The translations under genes and the position numbers were made by a program. A stretch of DNA of 64,000 nucleotides from Candidatus Margulisiibacteriota bacterium (GTDB taxonomy: Bacteria > Margulisbacteria > WOR-1 > O2-12-FULL-45-9), in contig JBAZZP010000003.1 in NCBI GenBank assembly GCA_041658745.1, positions 83,423 to 147,422 of the forward strand. The letters are read 5' to 3'. Below, piece after piece: positions 17,401 to 26,695 of this stretch. Each line of letters starts with the position of its first letter. Within the stretch, counting starts at the first letter, position 1. The notes under the pieces are model-generated. The model was not told the origin of the DNA, did not search any database, and saw only the letters and a program-made list of their open reading frames with translations.

Positions 17401-18519
17401 CTACCTCAAGTAAGGGGAGGGATTAACTGGTTTTCCATTTTTGCGGATTTCAAAATGCAAATGCGGACCGGTCGAATAGCCAGTACTGCCCTCAAGCCCA
17501 ATGGTTTGGCCCTTTTCTACCGCCAACCCCACCGTGGCATAAATTTTGGACATATGGCCATAGACAGTAGAAAAACCCTTCCCATGATCAATTACTACCG
17601 CCTTTCCATAACCATCCCACCAACCAGCAAAAATAACTTCCCCCGCGTCAGCCGCTTTAATCGGCGTCCCATACGAAGTAGCAATATCAATTCCAGTATG
17701 CATATTACGCCCACCCCAAAAAGGACTGCGCCGATAGCCAAAAACCGAAGTAATTCGGCCACGCATTGGCCAAGCAAATTGTCCACTCCCCTGTACTCCT
17801 TCGCCTTTTCGGGAAGCAACCGATTTTACAATTAATCTTTCGAGATCGGCGGAGCTCTTCTCGAGCTCTGCAATCTGAGCTTCATACTGTGCTTTTCTGT
17901 CTTCAAGTGAAGAAAATAATTTCTTTTTTTCTTCTGCCTTAATGGTATATTCTTGTTTTTGGACTTCCACCACCCTTGCCAATTGTTTAATCTCGGTAGT
18001 TTTATCTTCTAATATTTTTTTCTTCTGCTCTACAATTTGCACGTCTTCCCGCACCCCAATAACCAAACGGGCATCAGAGGCAATAATTTTTGAGAAGAAG
18101 TAGAGCCGGTTAAAAAAATCGGACATAGAACGTGAAGTGACAATTAACTCCAAATAGCTCATCCCGCTAGATTTATAGATTTCTTGTAAGCGTCTCTTGA
18201 GCTTGGTCTCTTTTGCTTTTAACACTTTTGATCTTGCAGTTATCTCCGAACCCAAAACAATGGTTTGGGTTTCATTCACCACGATCTTCTTTTGAGCCCG
18301 ATTTAAGGTTTGTTGCGTTTTTCTGATTTCTTTACGAATAACAGCTAATTTACCCAAAACATCCTGCTGCTCTGCCTTGGTTTGGTGTAATTTTCTTTTA
18401 CTCTCGATTAATTGTTTTTGGATGGCTTCAAGTTTTTGTTGGGGGGTAAGTTCGTCAGCGTATAACGCTGGCGAAAAAATAACAATTAAACAATAAAGAA
18501 TTAGCGCCGCTAATTTCAT
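17401..18519 (-). CDS. Secreted coiled-coil M23 family peptidase (EnvC/NlpD-like murein hydrolase activator)
   Basis: Signal peptide MKLAALILYCLIVIFSPALYA, long coiled coil and C-terminal M23 domain (HTGIDIA...GPHLHFE). Start moved to the internal Met. Confidence 0.8.
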   Translation of the reverse strand: MKLAALILYCLIVIFSPALYADELTPQQKLEAIQKQLIESKRKLHQTKAEQQDVLGKLAVIRKEIRKTQQTLNRAQKKIVVNETQTIVLGSEITARSKVLKAKETKLKRRLQEIYKSSGMSYLELIVTSRSMSDFFNRLYFFSKIIASDARLVIGVREDVQIVEQKKKILEDKTTEIKQLARVVEVQKQEYTIKAEEKKKLFSSLEDRKAQYEAQIAELEKSSADLERLIVKSVASRKGEGVQGSGQFAWPMRGRITSVFGYRRSPFWGGRNMHTGIDIATSYGTPIKAADAGEVIFAGWWDGYGKAVVIDHGKGFSTVYGHMSKIYATVGLAVEKGQTIGLEGSTGYSTGPHLHFEIRKNGKPVNPSPYLR

Positions 18520-18629
18520 GAGAATATCATCATAACATAACCTAAACCTGCAAAACAAGGCTAAAGAAACAAGCCTTAGCGGGGGCGTATATGACACTCT
18601 CGTGGCCAACAATGAAGAGAAGGCTGACT

Positions 18630-20552
18630 TTAGCGGAAATCGGTGTCAAATTCTATCCCGTTTGCGTGATTCTCTTTGATATAAGTATAAATATCAATTA
18701 AGTTTTGTCGCAAAGCAGCGCGATCGGGAGTTTGACTATAAATAACTCTAAAAACACGGTTTAAAGATTCGCTCCTAAACGGTTCATTTTGTAAAGATTC
18801 TTCCATAGCTGAAGGATTAAGGGCAAATAAAGCAATGATTCTTCGGTAAGTGGCTGGAAATATTGTATAAGCCATCCCCGCGGATGCAATCCCCTCATCC
18901 GGTGCATCTTTTGGATGCCCTGCCCATGGATAATAATCCAGCAATACCGAGTCATCCAACAAATCCCACGTACCTAAACTTCGTCCTGCATAATAAAGAT
19001 TTAAATACTTTTCTTTCGTCGGGGTATAAGGGTGTTCACTGTATGGGGTATAACTGTAATCATAAAATCCGTGGCTTAGTTCGTGAGCAACAACCGTAGC
19101 CAAGACAAGCTCAAATTCCTCTGGCAAGGGAGAAAGTGGCACGCGACTGTCAATGCCTATTGCCGGACCCAATCCTACGCCACTCCCACCAAAAGGAGTT
19201 GGCATACAATCATCAATTTTAAAATAAATACCATTACGTTTGAATATCACTAATCTATCGGCCAAATTAGAAATAACCGTTGAATTAGCTAAGGGAATGG
19301 CACCTCCCAAAAAGATAAAGCTCTTTCCTTTTAAGTTAATGGTTTGTGAAGATTGCCCCTCAACGACATTAATATCCTGACATTCCTTCCCAACTGGAGG
19401 TTCCAAAGACACCCCAGCCAGGGATGATCTCCAGTTGTCACCTTGCGCCAATAAATCGATAAAACGCAGTGTTAGTTCTGTTGCCTTGGCCACAGCTTCC
19501 ATGTTTGGAACCATTATGTCTGCGGCAGTATGAGCCACAAGATTGCCAGGATAAGCACTACCGGCCGGTCCTGGTCCGCCATTTTCTGAAATCATTACTG
19601 ATGGAATACCCTTAAGATAAAATTGTCCCTGATCGCTGCTCATGGCAGCTAAAGGATCATTGATTAAATCGGTAACAACTCCAGCGCTATCGTTAACCTG
19701 ATGCAATATGTCCATGAGCCGCCCAGAAATTCCCTTTCCACCCAGAACCAGGCGATCGGTCAAGGGATTCCCTCCCAACGTATCCAGATTGATAACTCCC
19801 AAAATAGAAGGATCATTTTGCTCTAGCACAGCTGTATAAGCCTTGCTGCCAAGTTGGCCATATTCTTCACCATCAAAGGCAATCAGCTCAATGTCAAAGG
19901 GGAGCTGGTAATTCCGCAAATTCATTGCGATTTCAAGCAATGCGGCAACACCCGAAGCATTGTCATCCGCTCCGGGCGCAAATTCATTGTTTATCCCCTC
20001 TCCAATAGAATCAAAGTGAGCACAAATTATTAATCTTAGGCCTAAAGCTTCCCTCCCTGGAATTCTGGCAATCACATTGTGTAATTCACCAATATTTATA
20101 CCAGGGAGATCATACTTCAGAGACAGCCTGGCAGAATCGTCAATTGGAATCGTCACAGATTCTACTGTAGCCCTACCACCTAAGGCTCGATACAAAGTAT
20201 CATAAATAAATTGTCTTGCAGCTTCATTCCCTTCCGTAAAAATACGTCTTGGCATCAATGACAAAATACGAATGCTTTCTGCAATCCTCTGCCGATCAAC
20301 CTGGCAATGGACAACACTCCCGGCAACCCTTCCTCCCCCACAACCTCGCCGTAGCAATCTCCTTCTGGAAACGCCAACATTGTTGTCTCTTGGTTTTGGG
20401 TTTGCGTGTGATTGATTCATAGGTTGATTTTGTGTGACTAATTCTTGATTTGAATTATTAGTTTCCATGGTAGAAAAAGGGCTAATTGTCTTTAGGCAAC
20501 TGAAAAAGTTGGCACTATTGCTGTTTAAACAATATTGTATTTTATCTGTCAT
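18630..20552 (-). CDS. Two-domain secreted metallopeptidase: N-terminal M28 aminopeptidase-like domain plus C-terminal HExxH domain
   Basis: CAHFDS...DDNASGVAALLE...FDGEEYGQLGS M28 motifs and a C-terminal VVAHELSHGFYD. N-terminal SRRRLLRRG may be a Tat-like signal. The true start is uncertain. Confidence 0.65.
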   Translation of the reverse strand: MTDKIQYCLNSNSANFFSCLKTISPFSTMETNNSNQELVTQNQPMNQSHANPKPRDNNVGVSRRRLLRRGCGGGRVAGSVVHCQVDRQRIAESIRILSLMPRRIFTEGNEAARQFIYDTLYRALGGRATVESVTIPIDDSARLSLKYDLPGINIGELHNVIARIPGREALGLRLIICAHFDSIGEGINNEFAPGADDNASGVAALLEIAMNLRNYQLPFDIELIAFDGEEYGQLGSKAYTAVLEQNDPSILGVINLDTLGGNPLTDRLVLGGKGISGRLMDILHQVNDSAGVVTDLINDPLAAMSSDQGQFYLKGIPSVMISENGGPGPAGSAYPGNLVAHTAADIMVPNMEAVAKATELTLRFIDLLAQGDNWRSSLAGVSLEPPVGKECQDINVVEGQSSQTINLKGKSFIFLGGAIPLANSTVISNLADRLVIFKRNGIYFKIDDCMPTPFGGSGVGLGPAIGIDSRVPLSPLPEEFELVLATVVAHELSHGFYDYSYTPYSEHPYTPTKEKYLNLYYAGRSLGTWDLLDDSVLLDYYPWAGHPKDAPDEGIASAGMAYTIFPATYRRIIALFALNPSAMEESLQNEPFRSESLNRVFRVIYSQTPDRAALRQNLIDIYTYIKENHANGIEFDTDFR

Positions 20553-20810
20553 GTTTTCCTTATTTCCTTATAAACAAGTAATTAATTATTTTACTAGCTT
20601 GCCCCCATGCGTTGAATTAATCCCTTCCCTTAAAGGTTCGTGATTTTTTCACTTCCACCAACATCCTCAACAGTAATATATCGCTACTTCCTTCAGTATA
20701 TTTCACATTATCGCATGTGACCGAGAAATGATTAGGGACATGGTTCCCCTCTGAATCTGGCAAAAATCGGGTTTTAAGACGGCAAAAGTGTGTTTAGGCT
20801 GAGTCATATT

Positions 20811-22073
20811 CTACATAAACAATCTTTGGCTGCGTTTTTGGCGATGGAAAGTAATCGCAAAACGATGGGCTTCATCACGGATCCTTTGCAGTAGCATTAG
20901 CGCAGCAGAATGTTTTTCCAAAACTAGTGAATTTCTTTTATTTGGCATAAATATTTCCTCTTCCCGCTTGGCAAGGCTAATCAACGGTAAATCTAATCTG
21001 TTTGCTACGGATAGAGCTTTTAGCGCCGCTCCAAGCTGAGGCTTTCCCCCATCAATTAAGATTAAATCAGGCCAAGGAAGCTTTTTAGTTAGAGAATTAG
21101 AGTACCGCCGTTTAACAATTTCATAAATAGCAGCGGCATCGTTTGGATCAGGTCCAACTGTTTTAAGATTAAAACGGCGATAATCCCTTTTTAAAGGAAT
21201 TCCTCCCTGAAAAACCACCATAGATCCGACCATGTTGGATCCTTGAATATTTGAAACATCAAAGGCTTCAATCCGCATAGGAATTTTTGAAAGCCCTAAT
21301 GCTTTTTGTAGATCGTTTAATACGCTTACTCGCTGGCCTCCAGCTGGCCTTTCCAAATCTTTTGCTTCTAGCAACTTTTCCAATTGTTCCACTCGATCCC
21401 TTAACATACCTGCCCGCTCATAGTTTTGCTCTTGTGCTGCCTTTTTCATTTCATCATTGAGTTTAACAATTGCTTTATCACTCTTTCCTTCCAACAGCAG
21501 AATAATGCTCTGTATTAACTGCCTGTAGGCGGCATGACTTATCTGTTGCAAACATGGAGCAGCACAACTGCCAATCCGGCCAAACAAACAAGGTTGCGTT
21601 CTTGGTTTCAATGTCACTTCTTTGCACCATCTGACCGGATAAGTTTTTTTAATTAGCCCCAAAATAGTTTTTACCATCCCGCCACGATAGGGCCCAAAAT
21701 AACGAGCACCATCACTTTCTTTTCGACGAACCATAAAAACCCGCGGCCATTCTTCCTTAATAGTTATTTTGATATAGGGATAAGTTTTATCATCTTTTAA
21801 AACAATGTTATAGCGTGGTTGATATTTTTTGATTAGCTTATTTTCTAATATCAAGGCATCCATTTCGGAGGCAGTAAGGATCCAATCCAAATCATAAAGA
21901 CGGGTTAATAAAATAGCGGTTTTTAAATCATTGCCCTTTTTAAAATAGGAGAAAACTCGTTTGCGCAAAGACTTGGCTTTGCCAACATATATAATGTCAC
22001 CATTTTGGTTTTTAAAAAGATAAACACCCGCCGTTTCCGGCAAGGATTTAATTTTATCCTTCAAGGAAAACAT
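20811..22073 (-). CDS. uvrC: Excinuclease ABC subunit C, short form lacking the C-terminal HhH domain
   Basis: GIY-YIG N-terminus (GVYLFKNQNGDIIYVGKAKSLRKR), UvrB-interacting region and RNase H-like endonuclease domain. 420 aa only. Confidence 0.85.
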   Translation of the reverse strand: MFSLKDKIKSLPETAGVYLFKNQNGDIIYVGKAKSLRKRVFSYFKKGNDLKTAILLTRLYDLDWILTASEMDALILENKLIKKYQPRYNIVLKDDKTYPYIKITIKEEWPRVFMVRRKESDGARYFGPYRGGMVKTILGLIKKTYPVRWCKEVTLKPRTQPCLFGRIGSCAAPCLQQISHAAYRQLIQSIILLLEGKSDKAIVKLNDEMKKAAQEQNYERAGMLRDRVEQLEKLLEAKDLERPAGGQRVSVLNDLQKALGLSKIPMRIEAFDVSNIQGSNMVGSMVVFQGGIPLKRDYRRFNLKTVGPDPNDAAAIYEIVKRRYSNSLTKKLPWPDLILIDGGKPQLGAALKALSVANRLDLPLISLAKREEEIFMPNKRNSLVLEKHSAALMLLQRIRDEAHRFAITFHRQKRSQRLFM

Positions 22074-22528
22074 TATTCTTTTGGAGTAGCAACCACCTTA
22101 ACACGTACTTGCGCAGAAATATCTTTGTAAATTTTAATTTTGGCGTTATAATCACCAATCATTTTGATTGGAGCACTTAGTTCAACTTTCTTCTTCTCAA
22201 CTTCTATGCCAGCAGTGGAGCTAATTGCCTCAACGATGTCTTGAGTGGTAACAGAGCCAAATAATTTGCCCTCTTCGCCAGCGTCCGCAGCAATTTCAAC
22301 GGTCACATCAGATAATTTTTTGGCCATGGCTTCAAATTCATGTCTTCTCGCTTCCAAGGCCTTTTCGCGTAGCGTTATCCGTTTGGCACCGGCAGCAACG
22401 GCACCTTTAGTTGCCCGTAAAGCAATCCCGCGAGGCAACAAATAATTGCGCGCATACCCATCAGCAACGTCCATCACACTATCAACTTCACTCAAATTAG
22501 CTAATTCTTTCTTGATAATTACTTTCAT
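22073..22528 (-). CDS. rplI: 50S ribosomal protein L9
   Basis: MKVIIKKELANL... L9 N-domain. Start moved to the internal Met. Confidence 0.85.
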   Translation of the reverse strand: MKVIIKKELANLSEVDSVMDVADGYARNYLLPRGIALRATKGAVAAGAKRITLREKALEARRHEFEAMAKKLSDVTVEIAADAGEEGKLFGSVTTQDIVEAISSTAGIEVEKKKVELSAPIKMIGDYNAKIKIYKDISAQVRVKVVATPKE

Positions 22529-22529
22529 A

Positions 22530-22787
22530 TTATTCCACCGTATATGGGACAAGCCCCATCTGCCTTGATTTTTTTACTATCGCTGACACCATCCGCTGAT
22601 GAAGAGCACAACATCCGCTCATCCGGCGAGGAGCAATTTTGCCGCGGTCAGTTACAAAGCGGCGTACAAAATTAACATCCTTATAATCTAATGTTTTTTT
22701 GTCGATACAAAACATGCACGGCTTCCTTTTCATCGGCTTCTTATACGTTTGCGGTTTACTTGGTTTTCTTCTTTCTCGATTACTCAT
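22530..22787 (-). CDS. rpsR: 30S ribosomal protein S18
   Basis: CMFCIDKKTLDYKDVNFVRRFVTDRGKI signature. Confidence 0.9.
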   Translation of the reverse strand: MSNRERRKPSKPQTYKKPMKRKPCMFCIDKKTLDYKDVNFVRRFVTDRGKIAPRRMSGCCALHQRMVSAIVKKSRQMGLVPYTVE

Positions 22788-22804
22788 CTATTTCTCCTTG
22801 ATAT

Positions 22805-23269
22805 TTAAAAAGGTATTTCGTCAATTTCTTTACTCTCGTCCCCTTCAATGGCCATTACGGGCCCTTTCTTCCCTTCCTCTCCCTCATGGGCCTTCACGGG
22901 CCCTTTGTCCCCCTCTTCTCTTTTTCCCAACATTTGGATATTATCCGCGATAACTTCGACCATGCTTCTTTTTTCGCCATCTCGTCCCACAAAATTACTG
23001 ACCTGCAGCCGGCCTTCTACCGCCACCGGTCGGCCTTTTTTAAGGTATTCGCCCACAATTTCGGCGGTTCTTCTCCATGCAACAATATTTATAAAATCCA
23101 CATCCTGGTTGGCAGATGAAGAATCATGCCCCGTAGCTTCTTGGGATTCTTCCTTGCGTTTAAACCGGTTTACCGCAACCGTAAAACGACAGACAGGAAT
23201 CCCCGAAGTGGTATAGCGAAGCTCCGGATCCCTCGTTAAATTCCCAATTATAAAAACTTTATTATACAT
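22805..23269 (-). CDS. ssb: Single-stranded DNA-binding protein (copy 1) with duplicated Gly/Lys/Glu-rich tail ending DEIPF
   Basis: OB-fold N-terminus MYNKVFIIGNLTRDPELRYT and an acidic C-terminal tip. The tail contains two copies of a KGPV(K/M)A(H/I)EG unit. Confidence 0.85.
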   Translation of the reverse strand: MYNKVFIIGNLTRDPELRYTTSGIPVCRFTVAVNRFKRKEESQEATGHDSSSANQDVDFINIVAWRRTAEIVGEYLKKGRPVAVEGRLQVSNFVGRDGEKRSMVEVIADNIQMLGKREEGDKGPVKAHEGEEGKKGPVMAIEGDESKEIDEIPF

Positions 23270-23314
23270 GCCATATACCCTTAATCGCCTTTATGGGCCC
23301 TCATGGGCCTTTTA

Positions 23315-23737
23315 CTAAAAAGGCAAATCGTTATCTAAGTCAGCGTCATCCACCACATCTTCGGCGGCAGCAACACTGGCAAGCGTCGGTTTAGCAGCGT
23401 GTTGGTGATCAGCTCCCAGCAAAAAAACATCTTTCGCTACGACTTCAGTTACCCATTTCCGTTTCCCGCCTTGGTCATCAAAAGAGCGGACCTGAATTCG
23501 TCCTTCAACTAAGACCATTTGGCCGGATTTTAATTTTGCACTGCCTTCGGCAACATTGCGCCAGGCAATAATATCAATTAAATCAGAACCAGATTGGATC
23601 GGCGTTGGTTGTCCTAAAGAAGCCCGCCTCTCAACCAGCAATTTAAATTTGGTCATGGCCAAACCGTCCATCGTAGCACGCGCCTCGGCATCTGTAGCCA
23701 GTTTACCTGACAAAATAATACGGTTTAAACTAGCCAA
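23315..23737 (-). CDS. ssb: Single-stranded DNA-binding protein paralog (copy 2), tail ending DNDLPF
   Basis: OB-fold with LSGKLATDAEAR...W...VEGRIQVRSF and a C-terminal D-D-L-P-F tip. Confidence 0.75.
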   Translation of the reverse strand: MASLNRIILSGKLATDAEARATMDGLAMTKFKLLVERRASLGQPTPIQSGSDLIDIIAWRNVAEGSAKLKSGQMVLVEGRIQVRSFDDQGGKRKWVTEVVAKDVFLLGADHQHAAKPTLASVAAAEDVVDDADLDNDLPF

Positions 23738-24092
23738 TGGCCTTTACTTCCTCTTTTGGCTGTGGGACGCCTTGAATTTCGGCAAGAGCGGCTTCTTTTT
23801 CTTCTGCACGGTAGACCGAATAGCGAAAAACGTCTTCGGTAACTTTTAAGAAATATTGCAATTCGGCTGGTAAAGTGGAAGGAGCATCAAAGAATAGCAT
23901 TACATAGTAAACATATTGCATTTTTTGGGCTTTCTTAAAAAGATTAGGCAAGCGCTTACTTCCCCACTTTTCGGTCTTTTTCATCTCGCCACCCAAACTT
24001 TTGATCTTATCTTCAATCTTTTTAATCAATAAATCAATTTTTTCTTCGCCCAGCACCGGATCAAATATCAACAACGATTCATACGCATTCAA
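23730..24092 (-). CDS. rpsF: 30S ribosomal protein S6
   Basis: MNAYESLLIFDP... S6 family. First gene of the rpsF–ssb–ssb–rpsR–rplI run. Confidence 0.85.
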   Translation of the reverse strand: MNAYESLLIFDPVLGEEKIDLLIKKIEDKIKSLGGEMKKTEKWGSKRLPNLFKKAQKMQYVYYVMLFFDAPSTLPAELQYFLKVTEDVFRYSVYRAEEKEAALAEIQGVPQPKEEVKAIG

Positions 24093-24173
24093 AGTAAAAC
24101 CCTCCTTATGGCAGATGCAGAATGGTAATTATAGCATAAAAGTGGCTATTTGGGCAAATAGGATGGTCAATCA

Positions 24174-25259
24174 CTACACATTAAACTTAACAATGATCAC
24201 ATCGCCATCTTGAATGGTATAACTCTTCCCTTCAGTGCGCAGTAAGCCTTTTTCGCGAGCCTTAGCCCAAGTAACGCAGTCAATTAAATCTTGCCAATTG
24301 ATTACTTCATCCGCAATAAAGCCTCTTTCCATATCAGAATGGATTTTGCCGGCAGCTTGGGGAGCCTTCGTCCCTTTTTGTACAGTCCAAGCCCGAGATT
24401 CTTTTTCGCCCGCCGTAAAAAAAGTGATTAAATCCAACAATTCATAGCCGGTACGGATTAATTGGTGCAAAGCCGATTCTTTTACCCCCATCTCCAACAA
24501 ATAAGCCTTGGCATCTTCATCAGACAATTCAGCAATTTCAGATTCAAGTTTGGATGAAATGCTAATCACTTTGGCATTTTCAGCTTTAGCAATTTTTTCA
24601 ACAATGGCTACTTGCTCTTTACTGCCTGACTCATCAACATTGGCTACATATAATACCGGTTTTTGGGTTAGGAGTGAAAACCCGACCAATAAAGCCCTTT
24701 CGTCTTCGGTTAAATTTGACTCACGAGCCGGCTTTCCAGCCTCTAAAACACTTTTAAGCCGATTTAAGATTTCGGTTTCTTTAGCGGTTTTCTTATCCCC
24801 GCTGCGAGCCTTGGCAGCAACGGCCGATAAACGTTTTTCTACTTGCGCTAAATCAGCCAATATCAGTTCTAGATTAATAATTTCGATATCTCTTGCGGGA
24901 TCAACATTGCCTGCCACATGAATAATTTCATCATTTTCAAAGCAACGGACAACGTGGGCAATCGCGTCTACCTCGCGGATATGGGCCAAAAATTTATTGC
25001 CTAACCCCTCCCCCTCATGCGCCCCTTTGACTAACCCCGCGATATCGTAGAACTCTATATATGTAGGGACCGTCTTCTTGGAGGCAAAGAGCTGGGACAG
25101 TTTAATCAGCCGTTCATCGGGGACTTCTACTACCCCAACATTGGGATCGATCGTGCAAAAGGGATAATTGGACGCCTCGGCCTTGGCGCGGGAGAGCGCA
25201 TTAAATAAGGTGGATTTCCCAACGTTCGGCAAACCAACAATTCCTAAAGATAAAGCCAT
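24174..25259 (-). CDS. ychF: Ribosome-binding ATPase YchF (Obg family GTPase)
   Basis: [18 protein letters not shown]1 motif, TGS-like C-terminus. 361 aa. Confidence 0.9.
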   Translation of the reverse strand: MALSLGIVGLPNVGKSTLFNALSRAKAEASNYPFCTIDPNVGVVEVPDERLIKLSQLFASKKTVPTYIEFYDIAGLVKGAHEGEGLGNKFLAHIREVDAIAHVVRCFENDEIIHVAGNVDPARDIEIINLELILADLAQVEKRLSAVAAKARSGDKKTAKETEILNRLKSVLEAGKPARESNLTEDERALLVGFSLLTQKPVLYVANVDESGSKEQVAIVEKIAKAENAKVISISSKLESEIAELSDEDAKAYLLEMGVKESALHQLIRTGYELLDLITFFTAGEKESRAWTVQKGTKAPQAAGKIHSDMERGFIADEVINWQDLIDCVTWAKAREKGLLRTEGKSYTIQDGDVIIVKFNV

Positions 25260-25292
25260 ATTTTTAGTATAACACAGACCAGTGTCTTTGAA

Positions 25293-26597
25293 CTATGTCT
25301 GGCGAATCCCAGCACCCCAACGTGCAAGTGTCGCCGTCAGGCAGACATCTAGATTAGTATTACGGATCTCTCCCAAGCCTCTTCCTTGTAGACGGTTGGC
25401 AACACAACCCCCTTGGCATATTTCTATGACATCACAGGGTTGGCAAATGGATGACGGGTATTGCAAATGGTCTTCGATGACCCGGTTTTTAAAAATCTGC
25501 CCAGTTTTCGGGTCCCCCAAAATTAAGCCATCGGTTTTTTCTCCCACTAAGGCTAGACAAAAAACAAACTTTTCTTCTGGCAGGAGAAGGGTGTAAGACT
25601 GCGGAGAATCAAGCATAGGACAAGGTCGGCGCGAAGTAAGATAGGCATTATCCTCAAGTCCTAATTGATAGCGCCAGATCCCTTTGGAATAATAATTTGG
25701 TCCAATGGTCCCCATACTAAGCAGGATCTGCAACTTTTCCTTTGGCCAATTTTTCCGAGCTTCAATCACGGACAACAAAAAGCGATCCATGGCGTCTTCC
25801 GTGAGAGGGGAAACGCCCCCTTTAGCGTTTCCAAGCGGCCGCGTTAAACGCAAAACCACTGTTTCAACTCCCAACTCAACAGCCTCCCGCGCAACTTCTT
25901 GAATTCCTTCTAAATAATCCAAATAAACCTGACTAAATATTCCCACCGAAAATGGTCGCGGATTATGGCTGCGCGAAAACTCAACCATTTCCCCAATATT
26001 TGAAGAGACAGCAGCATGGCTGTTTCTCCCATAAGCTATTTGGTGAAGGGCAGCCGGCAGATGACTAATGCGTAAATGGCGAACCGAAGATTGAGCCAAA
26101 GCCTGCAAATTTTGCTGGGTCAGTCTTCTTTCCCCATTGGTAATGGCATAGGGATCCCCTGCCAAAGTTTTAAGACGCAGCACCTGTTCCAACAGGCGAT
26201 CATTTACATTTAATTCTTTTGGATAGGCGGTAGTTAGAAAGCCTTCAGCTTGCGCGGCACGGATTCTTGCTGAGATTAAATCTTCATCAATAACTGGGCT
26301 CTCTGGTCCTTCGGGTGTCCAAAAACAAAACTCACAGCGGCGATTGCAGGGAGTATTAAGTAGTAGATCGGCCATTGGCTTTACTGGACGCTGCAACAAC
26401 CGCTCTCCATAGCGCTTAATATTCGGCATATTTGTCGCCGCTCGTGCCCGTTGACTGGCCGAGAGGCCAAGGTAAGGAGCAATCAAAGAATACTCCGCCG
26501 GCCCCAAGGTTTTTCCAGCCACAACAATGTTTCCCGATTTACGTGGTAGTAAATGAACAACCATATTATTTTTTCTCCCAACCATTAAACTCGTCAT
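25293..26597 (-). CDS. Radical SAM enzyme with C-terminal SPASM-type auxiliary cluster domain (anSME / peptide-maturase-like)
   Basis: CNRRCEFC (CxxxCxxC) near residue 85 and a C-terminal CQPCDVIEICQGGC SPASM-like motif. Unusual roughly 80-aa N-terminal extension, or an internal start at MPNIKRY. Confidence 0.7.
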   Translation of the reverse strand: MTSLMVGRKNNMVVHLLPRKSGNIVVAGKTLGPAEYSLIAPYLGLSASQRARAATNMPNIKRYGERLLQRPVKPMADLLLNTPCNRRCEFCFWTPEGPESPVIDEDLISARIRAAQAEGFLTTAYPKELNVNDRLLEQVLRLKTLAGDPYAITNGERRLTQQNLQALAQSSVRHLRISHLPAALHQIAYGRNSHAAVSSNIGEMVEFSRSHNPRPFSVGIFSQVYLDYLEGIQEVAREAVELGVETVVLRLTRPLGNAKGGVSPLTEDAMDRFLLSVIEARKNWPKEKLQILLSMGTIGPNYYSKGIWRYQLGLEDNAYLTSRRPCPMLDSPQSYTLLLPEEKFVFCLALVGEKTDGLILGDPKTGQIFKNRVIEDHLQYPSSICQPCDVIEICQGGCVANRLQGRGLGEIRNTNLDVCLTATLARWGAGIRQT

Positions 26598-26695
26598 CTA
26601 GTCTATCTGAGTAAATAAAAAATAATTTCACTAAATAAATTAGGCAAAAGAAAAAATATTCTGAAATTATCCTAACTTCCTCTCGAGATTAAGTT

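Noticed and set aside
20553-20810. 258-bp intergenic region as a possible tRNA or small RNA
   Set aside because: No cloverleaf-compatible GTGGC…TTCGA…CCA pattern or terminator hairpin is found. It is probably a promoter/5'UTR for the peptidase gene.
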